Below are positions 1 to 8,661 of a DNA stretch of 64,000 bases, piece after piece; the stretch's first letter is position 1; each line of letters starts with the position of its first letter. The translations under genes and the position numbers were made by a program. The notes under the pieces are model-generated. The model had not been told where the DNA came from, made no database searches, and saw only the letters and a program-made list of their open reading frames with translations. This DNA is from a bacterium (GTDB taxonomy: Bacteria > J088 > JAWLBW01), in assembly GCA_041690355.1 (NCBI GenBank), contig JAWLHK010000004.1:124001-188000 (forward strand), in the 5' to 3' direction.

Positions 1-210
1 GGATCGCTCGCCGACCTGCCCGAGATCGCCGTCCCCGAGAATGGCATCGACGCCGACGCCCCGGCCGCCTTCAGCCTGTATGAAGAGGTGATCGTGCGCG
101 GCAAGCTCGAGACCGCCGGACATGGCAACCTCTGGGCCAGCGATACGGCCATCGAACAGGCGGGCCCCTTTCTCGCACATGGGATCATCCTCCCCCCGGT
201 GGTTCCGTGA
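1..210 (+). CDS. Partial CDS (3' end only), unknown product
   Basis: Frame 1 is open from base 1 (GSLADLPEIAVPENG...GHGNLW...PPVVP*) to TGA at 208-210, which overlaps the GTG start of the next gene (GTGA). Confidence 0.6.
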   Translation, partial: GSLADLPEIAVPENGIDADAPAAFSLYEEVIVRGKLETAGHGNLWASDTAIEQAGPFLAHGIILPPVVP

Positions 211-1280
211 GCGTCGAGCGGCGGCGCGGGTTCTGCGCGGCGGCCCTTGCACTGCTCCTGCTCCCGGCGGGCGCATGCAGCGGTGCACAGCCGCCCGCGA
301 AGGACGCGGAAGAGAAGCCGCTGCGCTTTGCCTATCCGCTCGACGACACGCTGCGGCTCAACCAGATTCGCATGAAGGGGACGCACAACAGCTATCACAT
401 CGCCCCCGACCCGAAGCAGCTCGACGAATGGGACTACACGCACCTGCCGCTGGATAAGCAGCTTGGGGAGCAGGGGGTGCGCCAGTTTGAACTCGATATC
501 CACTTCGACAGCGAGGCAGAGCGGTTTCTGGTTCATCACCTCCCGCTCGACAACGCGACTACCTGCGCGCTTTTCACCGACTGCCTGACCGTCATTCGCA
601 CCTGGTCTGACGCGCATCGCGGACACCACCCGATTTTCGTCTTCATCGAGCCCAAGGACGACGTCGATCCGCAGCTCGACAAGATTGCCGGCCGCTATGA
701 CCATCTCGAAGCCGAAATCCTCTCCATCTGGCCGCGCGAGCGCATCCTGACCCCCGACACCGTGCGCGGCGAATTTCCCACCCTGGCCGGCGCCATCCAG
801 GCCCGGGGCTGGCCGACGCTCGGCGAAGTGCGGGGGATGGCGGTTTTCGTGCTGCTCGACAGCGATCACGAACCGGGCGCGCACCACTACAACTACACCG
901 GCGGCAACGTCTCGCTCGACGGAAAACTTCTCTTCGCGACGGCCCACGCCGATGATCCCTACGCCGCCATCCTCTCCATCAACAGCTCCCTGCACGACGG
1001 CGACGCTGTCGCCGCGGCGGTCGAAGCCGGGTTCATCGTGCGCACGATGACCGACGACCGGATTGAGGACGGCGTTCCCCTCTCGCACGACCGGATGTCG
1101 GCGGCCATCGGGGGGATGGCGCAGATTCTCAGCAGCGACTTCCCCGTTCCCGGAATCATCGCCGGCTACGGCCTTTCGCTCACCGACGGAACCCCCTCGG
1201 TCTGTCACCCCACCCTTGCACCCGCCGGCTGCACCTCGGCCGACGTCGAGTCCCCCGACCGCCTGCAGCCGCTGCCCTGA
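207..1280 (+). CDS. Ca2+-dependent phosphoinositide-specific phospholipase C-like lipoprotein
   Basis: Lipobox AGAC; motifs LNQIRMKGTHNSYH, QGVRQFELDIH, HHPIFVFIEPKD and AQILSSDFP typical of PI-PLC-like phosphodiesterases. Confidence 0.8.
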   Translation: MSVERRRGFCAAALALLLLPAGACSGAQPPAKDAEEKPLRFAYPLDDTLRLNQIRMKGTHNSYHIAPDPKQLDEWDYTHLPLDKQLGEQGVRQFELDIHFDSEAERFLVHHLPLDNATTCALFTDCLTVIRTWSDAHRGHHPIFVFIEPKDDVDPQLDKIAGRYDHLEAEILSIWPRERILTPDTVRGEFPTLAGAIQARGWPTLGEVRGMAVFVLLDSDHEPGAHHYNYTGGNVSLDGKLLFATAHADDPYAAILSINSSLHDGDAVAAAVEAGFIVRTMTDDRIEDGVPLSHDRMSAAIGGMAQILSSDFPVPGIIAGYGLSLTDGTPSVCHPTLAPAGCTSADVESPDRLQPLP

Positions 1281-1293
1281 GGCCGGCGGCCCA

Positions 1294-1397
1294 TTCCTGA
1301 CTCCTGATGCTTGATTCCTGAGACGCAAGGACCGGGATCACCTGCCCGTGCCCTGAGCTCAACCCCTGTGCTTAACCCCAGCGCCAAGCGCCCAGCG
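1294..1397. repeat. Cluster of short tandem repeats
   Basis: TTCCTGA CTCCTGA TGCTTGA TTCCTGA (1294-1321); 13-mer CCCTG(A/T)GCT(C/T)AAC x2 (1351-1376); CCCAGCG CCAAGCG CCCAGCG (1377-1397). Confidence 0.65.
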
Positions 1398-1415
1398 ACC
1401 TCCTCACTCGCCACC

Positions 1416-1540
1416 TGTCAAGGGGGTGACCGCTCGCTTACCGAGCGCCCCCCTTGCGACCCTTTACACGTCCTAACCTGAAGTCAGTACCGGACTGCGC
1501 GACCTTGCGGTCCACTACCCAAAAGGAGAGGACGAAGATC
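1416..1540 (+). promoter_or_regulatory. Conserved upstream region/5' leader, copy 1
   Basis: Homologous to 2819-2942; -10-like TAACCT at 1474; stem GGACTGC-gcgacctt-GCGGTCC; SD AAGGAGAG. Confidence 0.65.
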
Positions 1541-2749
1541 ATGAATAAACTCGTAAGCGGCGGGCTCGTACTCGGGCTCGCGTTCACCCTGGGCGCTTGC
1601 GGCGGGCCGACCAACGGCAAGGGGACGATGGGCTCCGACGGCCGCAACAGCTTCTCGACCGCAGACCACGAGGAGCCGAGCATTCTCTCGGGCACGGTCT
1701 GTATCGAGGGGACGAAGCGCTACGATCCATCCCTCGGCGAAGCCGGAGACAACGAGCTGGAAGGCGTGGCCGGCATTCTCATCGAACTCTACGACGATGA
1801 AGAAAACCTGCTCGATACGACCTTCACCGACAGCGAAGGTCATTACCAGTTCTGCGGCCTTGACGAGGGGGACTACGTCGTCGTCGAGGTGCTTCCCGAC
1901 GCCACCGAGAACACCATCTGGATTCCGATCGGCGACACGGCAAAGGATGCCACCGTCGAGTTCGATGAGGAATTCTCGGGGACTTCGGTCAAGTACGAAG
2001 GCAACGAAATCAATGAGGAATTCGACCTCGATCCGGGCGAAATCCACGAGCTCGAGTTCGATCTTGAAGACTATCCCGGTCTCATCCGCGTCGAGGTCAA
2101 GTCGGCCACGACCGTCGTCGGCCTCGACATCGACTGCCCCGGGAGCGGCGACAGCGTCACCGGCGGCGTCGACGGACAGGGCACGGCCGAAATCCACATC
2201 GAGACCGAGTGCGAAACGGTCGAAATCACGTCATCGAAAGGGATCTCATATATCGAGCTCTTCTTCGGCGAGATTGGCGAAAACGTCACCGTCGATTTCC
2301 GCAACGTCTGCGTCGAACCCGAAGGCGATGACTACCGCGGCGAGCCCAAGGGCGCTCTGCTCGACATGATCTTTGCGGCCCTTGAAGGCACGGGCATCTT
2401 CAGCCACCCGCTGATCGTGGAGGTCTTCGGCGGCGAGATCGAAGACATCGTCGACCTGCGCGACTTCCTGGCCATGGACGATACCGACGACCTCGTCGCC
2501 ATCGCCCAGCTGGTCGTGAACCTGGCGGCCAATCTCGCCCTGGGCGAACTGGACGAGGACGACCTCGTCTACATTCCGCTCGTGATGGACTTCTTCGAGC
2601 TGGGCTATCTGTTGGACCTGGCGGTTCTGGAGCTCGCCGACTTCGACGAATTTTCGTCGGAAGAGCTGGGGCTCATCCGCGAGACCCTCGAAGTGATCTG
2701 GGTTCTGCAGGACGAACCCTGCGAACCCATCTACCCGAGCGCCGGCTGA
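1541..2749 (+). CDS. Acidic surface lipoprotein with SdrD-B/Cna-B-like domain (paralog 1)
   Basis: ATG 1541 after SD; lipobox LGAC; GVAGILIELYD...TFTDSEGHYQFCGLDEGDYVVVE matches the SdrD_B-type repeat; very D/E-rich. Confidence 0.7.
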   Translation: MNKLVSGGLVLGLAFTLGACGGPTNGKGTMGSDGRNSFSTADHEEPSILSGTVCIEGTKRYDPSLGEAGDNELEGVAGILIELYDDEENLLDTTFTDSEGHYQFCGLDEGDYVVVEVLPDATENTIWIPIGDTAKDATVEFDEEFSGTSVKYEGNEINEEFDLDPGEIHELEFDLEDYPGLIRVEVKSATTVVGLDIDCPGSGDSVTGGVDGQGTAEIHIETECETVEITSSKGISYIELFFGEIGENVTVDFRNVCVEPEGDDYRGEPKGALLDMIFAALEGTGIFSHPLIVEVFGGEIEDIVDLRDFLAMDDTDDLVAIAQLVVNLAANLALGELDEDDLVYIPLVMDFFELGYLLDLAVLELADFDEFSSEELGLIRETLEVIWVLQDEPCEPIYPSAG

Positions 2750-2770
2750 TCCGTTTCCCGACACCACGCA

Positions 2771-2800
2771 AAGCGGAGGGCGAAAGCCCTCCGCTTCCTT
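2771..2800 (+). terminator. GAAA-capped hairpin with weak U-tract
   Basis: AAGCGGAGGGC-GAAA-GCCCTCCGCTT followed by CCTT. Confidence 0.55.
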
Positions 2801-2818
2801 CGCGCAACTTGAGGTTCT

Positions 2819-2942
2819 TGTCAAGAGTGTAACCGGCCACCCATTGCTCGATTACCGATCAGGTCTTTACACACCCTAGCCTGAGGTCAGTAACGGACCG
2901 CGCGTCCTTGCGGTCCACTACCCAAAGGAGAGGACGAAGACC
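2819..2942 (+). promoter_or_regulatory. Conserved upstream region/5' leader, copy 2
   Basis: Homologous to 1416-1540; -10-like TAGCCT at 2877; perfect stem GGACCGC-gcgtcctt-GCGGTCC; SD AAGGAGAG. Confidence 0.65.
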
Positions 2943-4259
2943 ATGAAGAAACTCGTAACCGGTGGGCTCGCGCTCGGGCTCGCCTTTACCCTGGGCGCCT
3001 GCGGGGGCCCGGCCAACGACAAGGGAACGGCAGGCTCCGACGGCCGTGGCGATTACTCGGCCGCCAGCAGCCACAACCGCCCCATCACCGGCGCCATCTT
3101 CACGACTGACGAAAACGGCGACGCCGTCAACAAGAATCACTACGAAGAAAAAGAAGACGTCTACTTGAACGGTGGTCCGCGCAAGGAAGGCGCCGCGGGC
3201 CTGCCCGATGGCGACTACTACTATCAGATCACCGACCCGGGCTGTAAGGAGCTGCTTGCCGGTCCCGGGGCCGATTCGCCCTACAACACCAGCGCCAAGA
3301 TCATCACCGTCGTGGACGGCGAATTCACCGACCTCATGCAGCTGGCTCCGTTCGCCGATACGCCGAACAATGGCGGCGTCTACAAGGTCATGGTGACGCC
3401 GGTCGACAAATGGGTTGACCCTGCCGAAGGCTGTTTCGGTTTCGAACCCCGTTTCTCGAAGTTCGACGTCTTCAAGGTCGACGGTGAAAGGCCCGAGCCG
3501 CCCGAAGACACCTATTGCATCTCGGGAACCAAGCGCTATGACCCGTCGCTCGGCGAAGCCGCCGACGAAGACCTCGACGGCCTCGGCGGCATTCTCATCG
3601 AACTCTATGACGATGAGGAAGACCTGATCGAAAGTACGTACACCGACAGCGACGGCGAGTACGAATTCTGCGGACTCGAGAACGGCGATTACAAGGTGGT
3701 CGAACGGCTGCCCGACGGCAACGGCGTGCTCTGGTTTGCCGTCGGCCCCGACGACTACGAGGTCATCGTCGACGACGAAGACGTTGAAGACCGCGACTTC
3801 CGCAACGTCTGCTTCCTGAAGGAGGGTGAAGACTTCCGCGGCGAGCCGAAGGGTGTCGTTCTCGACCTGATCTTCGCCGCCCTCGAAGGGTCGGGGCTGT
3901 TCTCGCACCCGCTCATCGTGGCGGCCTTCGGCGGCGAGATCGAAACGATCGTCGACCTGCGCGACTTCCTGGCGCTGGACGACTCGAACCTGCGGGTGGC
4001 CATCGCGCAGCTCGTCGTGAACCTGGCGGCCAACATCGCCCTGGGTAACCTCGACGCAGACCTGCGCGTGCTGGCCGGCACCGACCTTGGCGACATTGCC
4101 CGGCTGGGCGATCTCTTCGATGACCTCGCCGCAGAGCTCGCCGGGCATGCGGAACTGTCGACGGACCGCTTGAACGCGATCCGGGCGATTCTGCACTCGA
4201 TCTGGGTCCTTCAGGACGAACCCTGCACGCCGCACTACAACGGCGGAGAAGAAACCTGA
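2943..4259 (+). CDS. Acidic surface lipoprotein with SdrD-B/Cna-B-like domain (paralog 2)
   Basis: Lipobox LGAC; extra N-terminal domain GAIFTTD...YLNGGP...LPDGDYYYQITDP; TDSDGEYEFCGLENGDYKVVE; C-terminal domain homologous to 1541-2749. Confidence 0.7.
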   Translation: MKKLVTGGLALGLAFTLGACGGPANDKGTAGSDGRGDYSAASSHNRPITGAIFTTDENGDAVNKNHYEEKEDVYLNGGPRKEGAAGLPDGDYYYQITDPGCKELLAGPGADSPYNTSAKIITVVDGEFTDLMQLAPFADTPNNGGVYKVMVTPVDKWVDPAEGCFGFEPRFSKFDVFKVDGERPEPPEDTYCISGTKRYDPSLGEAADEDLDGLGGILIELYDDEEDLIESTYTDSDGEYEFCGLENGDYKVVERLPDGNGVLWFAVGPDDYEVIVDDEDVEDRDFRNVCFLKEGEDFRGEPKGVVLDLIFAALEGSGLFSHPLIVAAFGGEIETIVDLRDFLALDDSNLRVAIAQLVVNLAANIALGNLDADLRVLAGTDLGDIARLGDLFDDLAAELAGHAELSTDRLNAIRAILHSIWVLQDEPCTPHYNGGEET

Positions 4260-4281
4260 GCCGTTTCCCGACGGCGCACGC

Positions 4282-4312
4282 GAGCGGAGGGCGAAAGCCC
4301 TCCGCTCTTTTT
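4282..4312 (+). terminator. Intrinsic terminator
   Basis: GAGCGGAGGGC-GAAA-GCCCTCCGCTC followed by TTTTT. Confidence 0.85.
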
Positions 4313-4412
4313 CGTTGTGCGGGCCGGTTCGGCTTCCTCTGCACCCCCCGGAACGATCTGCTAAACTGAACGCTTACGCAGTCATGGGCAGCGGAATAGT
4401 GGCACGGATATC

Positions 4413-5225
4413 ATGGCGGAACAGAACGATACGATAGCCTTTCTCGGCGGGGGCAACATGGCCGAGGCCCTCCTGAGGGGGCTTCTTGCCGGCGGCAGCG
4501 CGCAGGCGCAGTCGATTACGGTGTCTGACGTCAGCGAAGACCGCCTGCGCCACCTTGCCGCCACCTACGGCGTGCGCACGGCCGGGCGCAATGCCGAGGC
4601 CGCCGCCGCGGGGCAGACCCTCGTCGTCGCCGTGAAGCCCGGGCTGGTCGGCCCCGTCCTTTCGGAATGCGGCGATCTGACCGGCAAGCTGGTCGTCAGC
4701 ATCGCCGCCGGGGTTTCCATGGCCGCCCTTGGCGCTGCCGCCGCGGGCGCCCACGTCGTACGCGTCATGCCCAACACACCGTCGCTGGTCGGCGCCGGCA
4801 TGAGCGTCTTTTTCGCGGCCCCCGAAGTTCCCCCTGCCGCCCGGGAGCGCACCCGCGATCTGCTGGGCGCCGTCGGGCGCGTGGCCGAGGTGCCCCAGGA
4901 GAGCCTGCTCGACGCCGTCACCGGGCTTTCGGGGAGCGGCCCCGCCTATGTCTTTCTCTTTCTCGAGGCACTGGCCGACGGCGGCGTGCGCATGGGCCTC
5001 CCCCGGCCGCTCGCCCGCGAACTGGCGGCGCAGACGGTCTTCGGCGCCGCGAAGCTGGCCCTCGAGACGGGCACGCATCCGGGGGAACTCAAGGATCAGG
5101 TCACAAGCCCCGGGGGAACCACGATTGCGGGCATCGCGGCGCTCGAGGCGGCGGGTTTCCGCAGCGCCGTGCTCGAAGCCGTGGCGGCCGCCACCCGCCG
5201 ATCCAGGGAGTTGGGGAATTCATGA
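4413..5225 (+). CDS. proC: Pyrroline-5-carboxylate reductase
   Basis: FLGGGNMA, AVKP, VRVMPNTP, TGLSGSGPAY, VTSPGGTT. Confidence 0.97.
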   Translation: MAEQNDTIAFLGGGNMAEALLRGLLAGGSAQAQSITVSDVSEDRLRHLAATYGVRTAGRNAEAAAAGQTLVVAVKPGLVGPVLSECGDLTGKLVVSIAAGVSMAALGAAAAGAHVVRVMPNTPSLVGAGMSVFFAAPEVPPAARERTRDLLGAVGRVAEVPQESLLDAVTGLSGSGPAYVFLFLEALADGGVRMGLPRPLARELAAQTVFGAAKLALETGTHPGELKDQVTSPGGTTIAGIAALEAAGFRSAVLEAVAAATRRSRELGNS

Positions 5226-5785
5226 TCGAGGTCATCCGCGCCCTCGTTTTTCTGCTGGATATCTATCAGCTGCTGATCCTCATCGTCGTCCTGATGAGCT
5301 GGATCAATCCCGACCCCTACAATCCGATCGTCCGTTTTCTGCGTCAGGCGACCGATCCGGTCCTGCTCCCCTTTCGTAAGCTGCTCATGCCGCTGACGAC
5401 GCAGATCCGTATCGATCTGTCGCCGATTCTCGTCTTTCTGCTCATCGGCATGCTCCAGCGCATGCTCATCCGGGTCGCTTACGGCGGCCTGACCCTCGGC
5501 GCCGTGGGCAGCGGGCTGCTCGAGGGGGCGGTCGAGTTCGTCATGGCCGTCCTCATGTTTCTCGTCATCCTCATGGGAGCGCGGGCGATCGTCGAGTTCA
5601 CGAATGCAGACCGGTGGAATCCGATTGTACGCTTCATCGAGACGGTGACCGATCCGGTCGTCTTCCGCTTCCGCAACTTCCGCGGGCGCAGCAGCCGGTA
5701 CAACCTGGCCCCGGTGGCCGCGGGGGCTACCTTTCTGGTAGCCTACTTCGTAGTCAGGACGCTACGCCAGTTGCTCCTCGGGTGA
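5222..5785 (+). CDS. yggT: YggT family membrane protein (two YggT repeats)
   Basis: ATGA overlap with proC; SWINPDPYNPIVRFLRQATDPVL, IDLSPI and a second repeat NPIVRFIETVTDPV. Confidence 0.9.
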   Translation: MIEVIRALVFLLDIYQLLILIVVLMSWINPDPYNPIVRFLRQATDPVLLPFRKLLMPLTTQIRIDLSPILVFLLIGMLQRMLIRVAYGGLTLGAVGSGLLEGAVEFVMAVLMFLVILMGARAIVEFTNADRWNPIVRFIETVTDPVVFRFRNFRGRSSRYNLAPVAAGATFLVAYFVVRTLRQLLLG

Positions 5786-5788
5786 CCC

Positions 5789-6292
5789 ATGAAAATCACG
5801 CCGCTCGACATCCAGCAGTACCAGTTCCGCTCCAAGCTGCGCGGGCTCGACCCCGAAGACGTGCGGAGTTTTCTCGAACTCGTGCGCGTCGAGATGGAAG
5901 AGCTCATCCGCGAGAACAACGCCCTCAAGGACGAAGTCAAGCGCACCGTGCAGCGCATGGGCGAGTACCGCGAGCGCGAGCAGATGGTCAAAGACACGCT
6001 GCTCACGGCCCAGAAGATCACCGACGACATGCGCGCGAACGCCCAGAAAGAAGCCGAGACCATCGTGGCCGAGGCCGAGGTGAAGGCCCAGGACATCGTG
6101 CAGCAGGCCACCCAGCGCGCCGCCCGCCTGCATGCCGAAATCCGCGAACTCAAGCGGCAGAAACTGCAGTTCGAAGAGAACCTGCGCGCCATGCTCAACA
6201 CGCATCTGAAGATGCTCGTGCTCGACGAAGAGAAGCAGAGCGACATGTTCGAAGAGAAGGTCGCCTACCTGAGCAAGAAAGAGAAGGCGTAG
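5789..6292 (+). CDS. divIVA: DivIVA domain protein
   Basis: MKITPLDIQQYQFRSKLRGLDPEDVRSFL followed by coiled coil. Confidence 0.92.
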   Translation: MKITPLDIQQYQFRSKLRGLDPEDVRSFLELVRVEMEELIRENNALKDEVKRTVQRMGEYREREQMVKDTLLTAQKITDDMRANAQKEAETIVAEAEVKAQDIVQQATQRAARLHAEIRELKRQKLQFEENLRAMLNTHLKMLVLDEEKQSDMFEEKVAYLSKKEKA

Positions 6293-6293
6293 G

Positions 6294-6370
6294 CCTTCAG
6301 TCTTCAGTCTTCAGGCCTCAGTCTTCAGACGTCAGTCCGTAGTCTCCAGGCTTCAGTCATGCGCCTTCAG
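6294..6370. repeat. Degenerate heptamer tandem array, consensus TCTTCAG
   Basis: CCTTCAG TCTTCAG TCTTCAG GCCTCAG TCTTCAG ACGTCAG TCCGTAG TCTCCAG GCTTCAG, then CCTTCAG. Confidence 0.85.
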
Positions 6371-6420
6371 TTACCCCCGATTTTGTTGGCCGACGTCCGG
6401 CGACTGACGTCCGGCGTCCG

Positions 6421-6711
6421 ATGAGCTGGCTGAGCGGAACCGACGGCGATCTCCGCCTGCGCATCCACGCGCAACCCGGGGCGAAACGCTCGCGTATCGC
6501 CGGCGTGCACGGCGACGCCCTGAAAATCCAGATTCACGCGCCGCCGGTGGAAGGGAAGGCGAACGACGAACTGATCCGCTTTCTCGCCGGAATCCTCCGG
6601 TGCAGGCGGAACCAGCTGCGGATCGTCACGGGGGAACTCGGACGCGAGAAAACCGTGGCTCTCGAGGGAATCTCGCACGCCGACGCCCTGGCTGCGCTCA
6701 CGCCCATCTGA
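6421..6711 (+). CDS. yggU: DUF167/YggU family protein
   Basis: HAQPGAKRS, LKIQIHAPPVEGKANDELIRFLA, GELGREK. Confidence 0.92.
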   Translation: MSWLSGTDGDLRLRIHAQPGAKRSRIAGVHGDALKIQIHAPPVEGKANDELIRFLAGILRCRRNQLRIVTGELGREKTVALEGISHADALAALTPI

Positions 6712-6766
6712 AGGTTCCCAGAAAGTCCTTGCCGCCCAGCGACCAGCGTCCATCTGCTGCGGAAGC

Positions 6767-6937
6767 AAAGACCAGACATCCCACGCGGAGGCGCGGAGCC
6801 GCGGAGAGGAAAGACCCGGAAGAACCTTTTTCTTTGGGGAGGATCCCGGGCACGGATGGCTGTGTTTTCCGGCATCCCCCAGGAAAATGCCCTTGTTTCT
6901 CTCCGCGACTCCGCGCCTCCGCGTGCCGATCGCTCTT
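6767..6937. repeat. Palindromic dispersed element (REP/MITE-like), copy A
   Basis: 27-bp inverted repeats at 6782-6808 and 6899-6925 (1 mismatch), built from CGCGGAG units; homologous to 8396-8648. Confidence 0.8.
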
Positions 6938-6962
6938 CAGCAGGAACCCTGCGCCTGGCCCG

Positions 6963-7784
6963 CTACTGAAAGAAAAGCAATCCGCCCACGAGAATGCCGA
7001 GCAGAATCCGATAGTACGCGAAGGGGCGGAAGCTCGCCGTGCGCACGAAGCGCAGCAGGAAGTAGATGGCGAAGTAGCCGGAGACCGCGGCGGCAAGAAA
7101 GCCGAGGATCATCGGCACAGCCCCCACGGTGTCGGCATCGAACAGCTTGGGGACTTTGACCAGCCCGGCCCCGGCGATGATCGGGGCCGACATGAGAAAG
7201 GAAAAGCGCGCCGCCTCGGCCCGCTTCATGCCCAGGAAGAGCGCCATGAGCATCGTCGCCCCCGAGCGCGACACGCCCGGGATCAACGCCAGCGCCTGGG
7301 CGGTGCCGATGAGCAGGGCGTCCCAGACGGTCATCTTCTCGACATCGCGCACGTGGCGGGCCACCACCTCGGCCAGCAGGATCAGGAGGCCGACCCCCGC
7401 GAGCGTCGAGGCCACCACGGTCGGGCCGTGCCCGCTCTCATGCAGATTCGCTTCGACCCAGTCGCCGAACAGCGCCCCGGCCAGCGCGCCCGGGATCGTG
7501 GCGACGAGAAGAAAAACGAGCAGGCGCGCATCGGGATCGCTCCACGTCGGACGCCGCAGCGAGCGCAGCGCCGCCTGAAAGAGGCGTACCCAGTCGCGGC
7601 GGAAGTAGATGAGCACGGCGACGAGCGTGCCCATGTGCAGCAGGATATCGAAGGCGAGCGCCCCTTCCTGCAGGCCGAACCAGGCATGAAACAGAACCAG
7701 GTGGCCGCTCGAGCTGATGGGGAGAAACTCTGCGATCCCCTGCACGAGCCCGAGCACGACCGCTTCCCAGACCGACATCTTCAC
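6963..7784 (-). CDS. uppP: Undecaprenyl-diphosphate phosphatase (BacA type)
   Basis: GLVQGIAEFLPISSSGH, HMGTL, PGVSRSGAT, FSFLMSAP; true start may be ATG at 7778. Confidence 0.96.
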   Translation of the reverse strand: MKMSVWEAVVLGLVQGIAEFLPISSSGHLVLFHAWFGLQEGALAFDILLHMGTLVAVLIYFRRDWVRLFQAALRSLRRPTWSDPDARLLVFLLVATIPGALAGALFGDWVEANLHESGHGPTVVASTLAGVGLLILLAEVVARHVRDVEKMTVWDALLIGTAQALALIPGVSRSGATMLMALFLGMKRAEAARFSFLMSAPIIAGAGLVKVPKLFDADTVGAVPMILGFLAAAVSGYFAIYFLLRFVRTASFRPFAYYRILLGILVGGLLFFQ

Positions 7785-7891
7785 CTCGTGGAATTCTTCA
7801 AGGTAGCATACCGCGCGCAGCGGCTGCTATGCAGGAGAGCAGCGGTTCGGCCTTGTCGCGCTGCGCGGGGAGCAGGGGTTGGCGCACGCGC

Positions 7892-8287
7892 TCAGTGGGA
7901 GTGCGGGGGTGCGTTTTTCTCCGGCGCGACGCCGGGCAGGTCAGCCGCGCCGATGGCGTCCTCGTCCTCGACCACGCGAACCTCTTCGGAAATGGCCGCG
8001 TCCCGTTCGAGCGCACGCATCTGCACGGCACACAGGTTGTCGTTGCCGATGCGGTAGAACCGGTGAATGCCGTGGCGGCGCGCGCTGGCGAAGAATTCGC
8101 GCAGGCAGTCGCAGGCGGGGGTGCCGATGGGCTTGCACCCGCGGATGTCGAGGAGGACGGCATCGACTTCGGCGTGTTCGTCGAGGTATTCGCTCCCGTG
8201 TGCGCAGAGCGCGGCAGCCTCGTCGGGCGGCACGACGCTGCGCATGCGCACGACCAGCATCCCGGGCTTTTCCTGAATGTCTATCAT
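7892..8287 (-). CDS. Hypothetical protein, possibly STAS/SpoIIAA-like fold
   Basis: Own promoter upstream; alternating beta/alpha pattern with VLLDIRG. Confidence 0.55.
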   Translation of the reverse strand: MIDIQEKPGMLVVRMRSVVPPDEAAALCAHGSEYLDEHAEVDAVLLDIRGCKPIGTPACDCLREFFASARRHGIHRFYRIGNDNLCAVQMRALERDAAISEEVRVVEDEDAIGAADLPGVAPEKNAPPHSH

Positions 8288-8320
8288 GGTGTCGCGTCTC
8301 GCGGAAGTACTCCTTCTTCC

Positions 8321-8349
8321 AGCATATGACGCGCCGCGTTAGCCGTCAA
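8321..8349 (-). promoter_or_regulatory. Sigma70-type promoter
   Basis: TTGACG-N17-TATGCT on the minus strand. Confidence 0.65.
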
Positions 8350-8395
8350 GGGAGAGGGCCCGCCCAGCGAACCGGTACCGGATGTGCGACCGGAA

Positions 8396-8648
8396 AAAGA
8401 CCGGACATCCCACGCGGAGGCGCGGAGAGGAAAAGACCGGAACGAGCGCTTTTTTACGGAACGGGAGTGCCTTGCTCCCACGGAAAGGAATGCGTTCCGC
8501 GCGGAGGCTCGCAGATCGCGGCGAGGAAAAGGCCGAGAAAAGCCTTATTCCGGGGAGGGTTCCCGGTGCGAATGCTGGGTCCCCGGCGACAGCCCCCCGG
8601 GAAAACGCCCTCGTTTCTCTCCGCGACTCCGCGGGCCGATCGCTCTTT
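8396..8648. repeat. Palindromic dispersed element, copy B (internal partial duplication of left arm)
   Basis: GACATCCCACGCGGAGGCGCGGAG...TTTCTCTCCGCGACTCCGCG...GCCGATCGCTCTT shared with copy A. Confidence 0.75.
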
Positions 8649-8661
8649 GTCCTTGCTGCCT

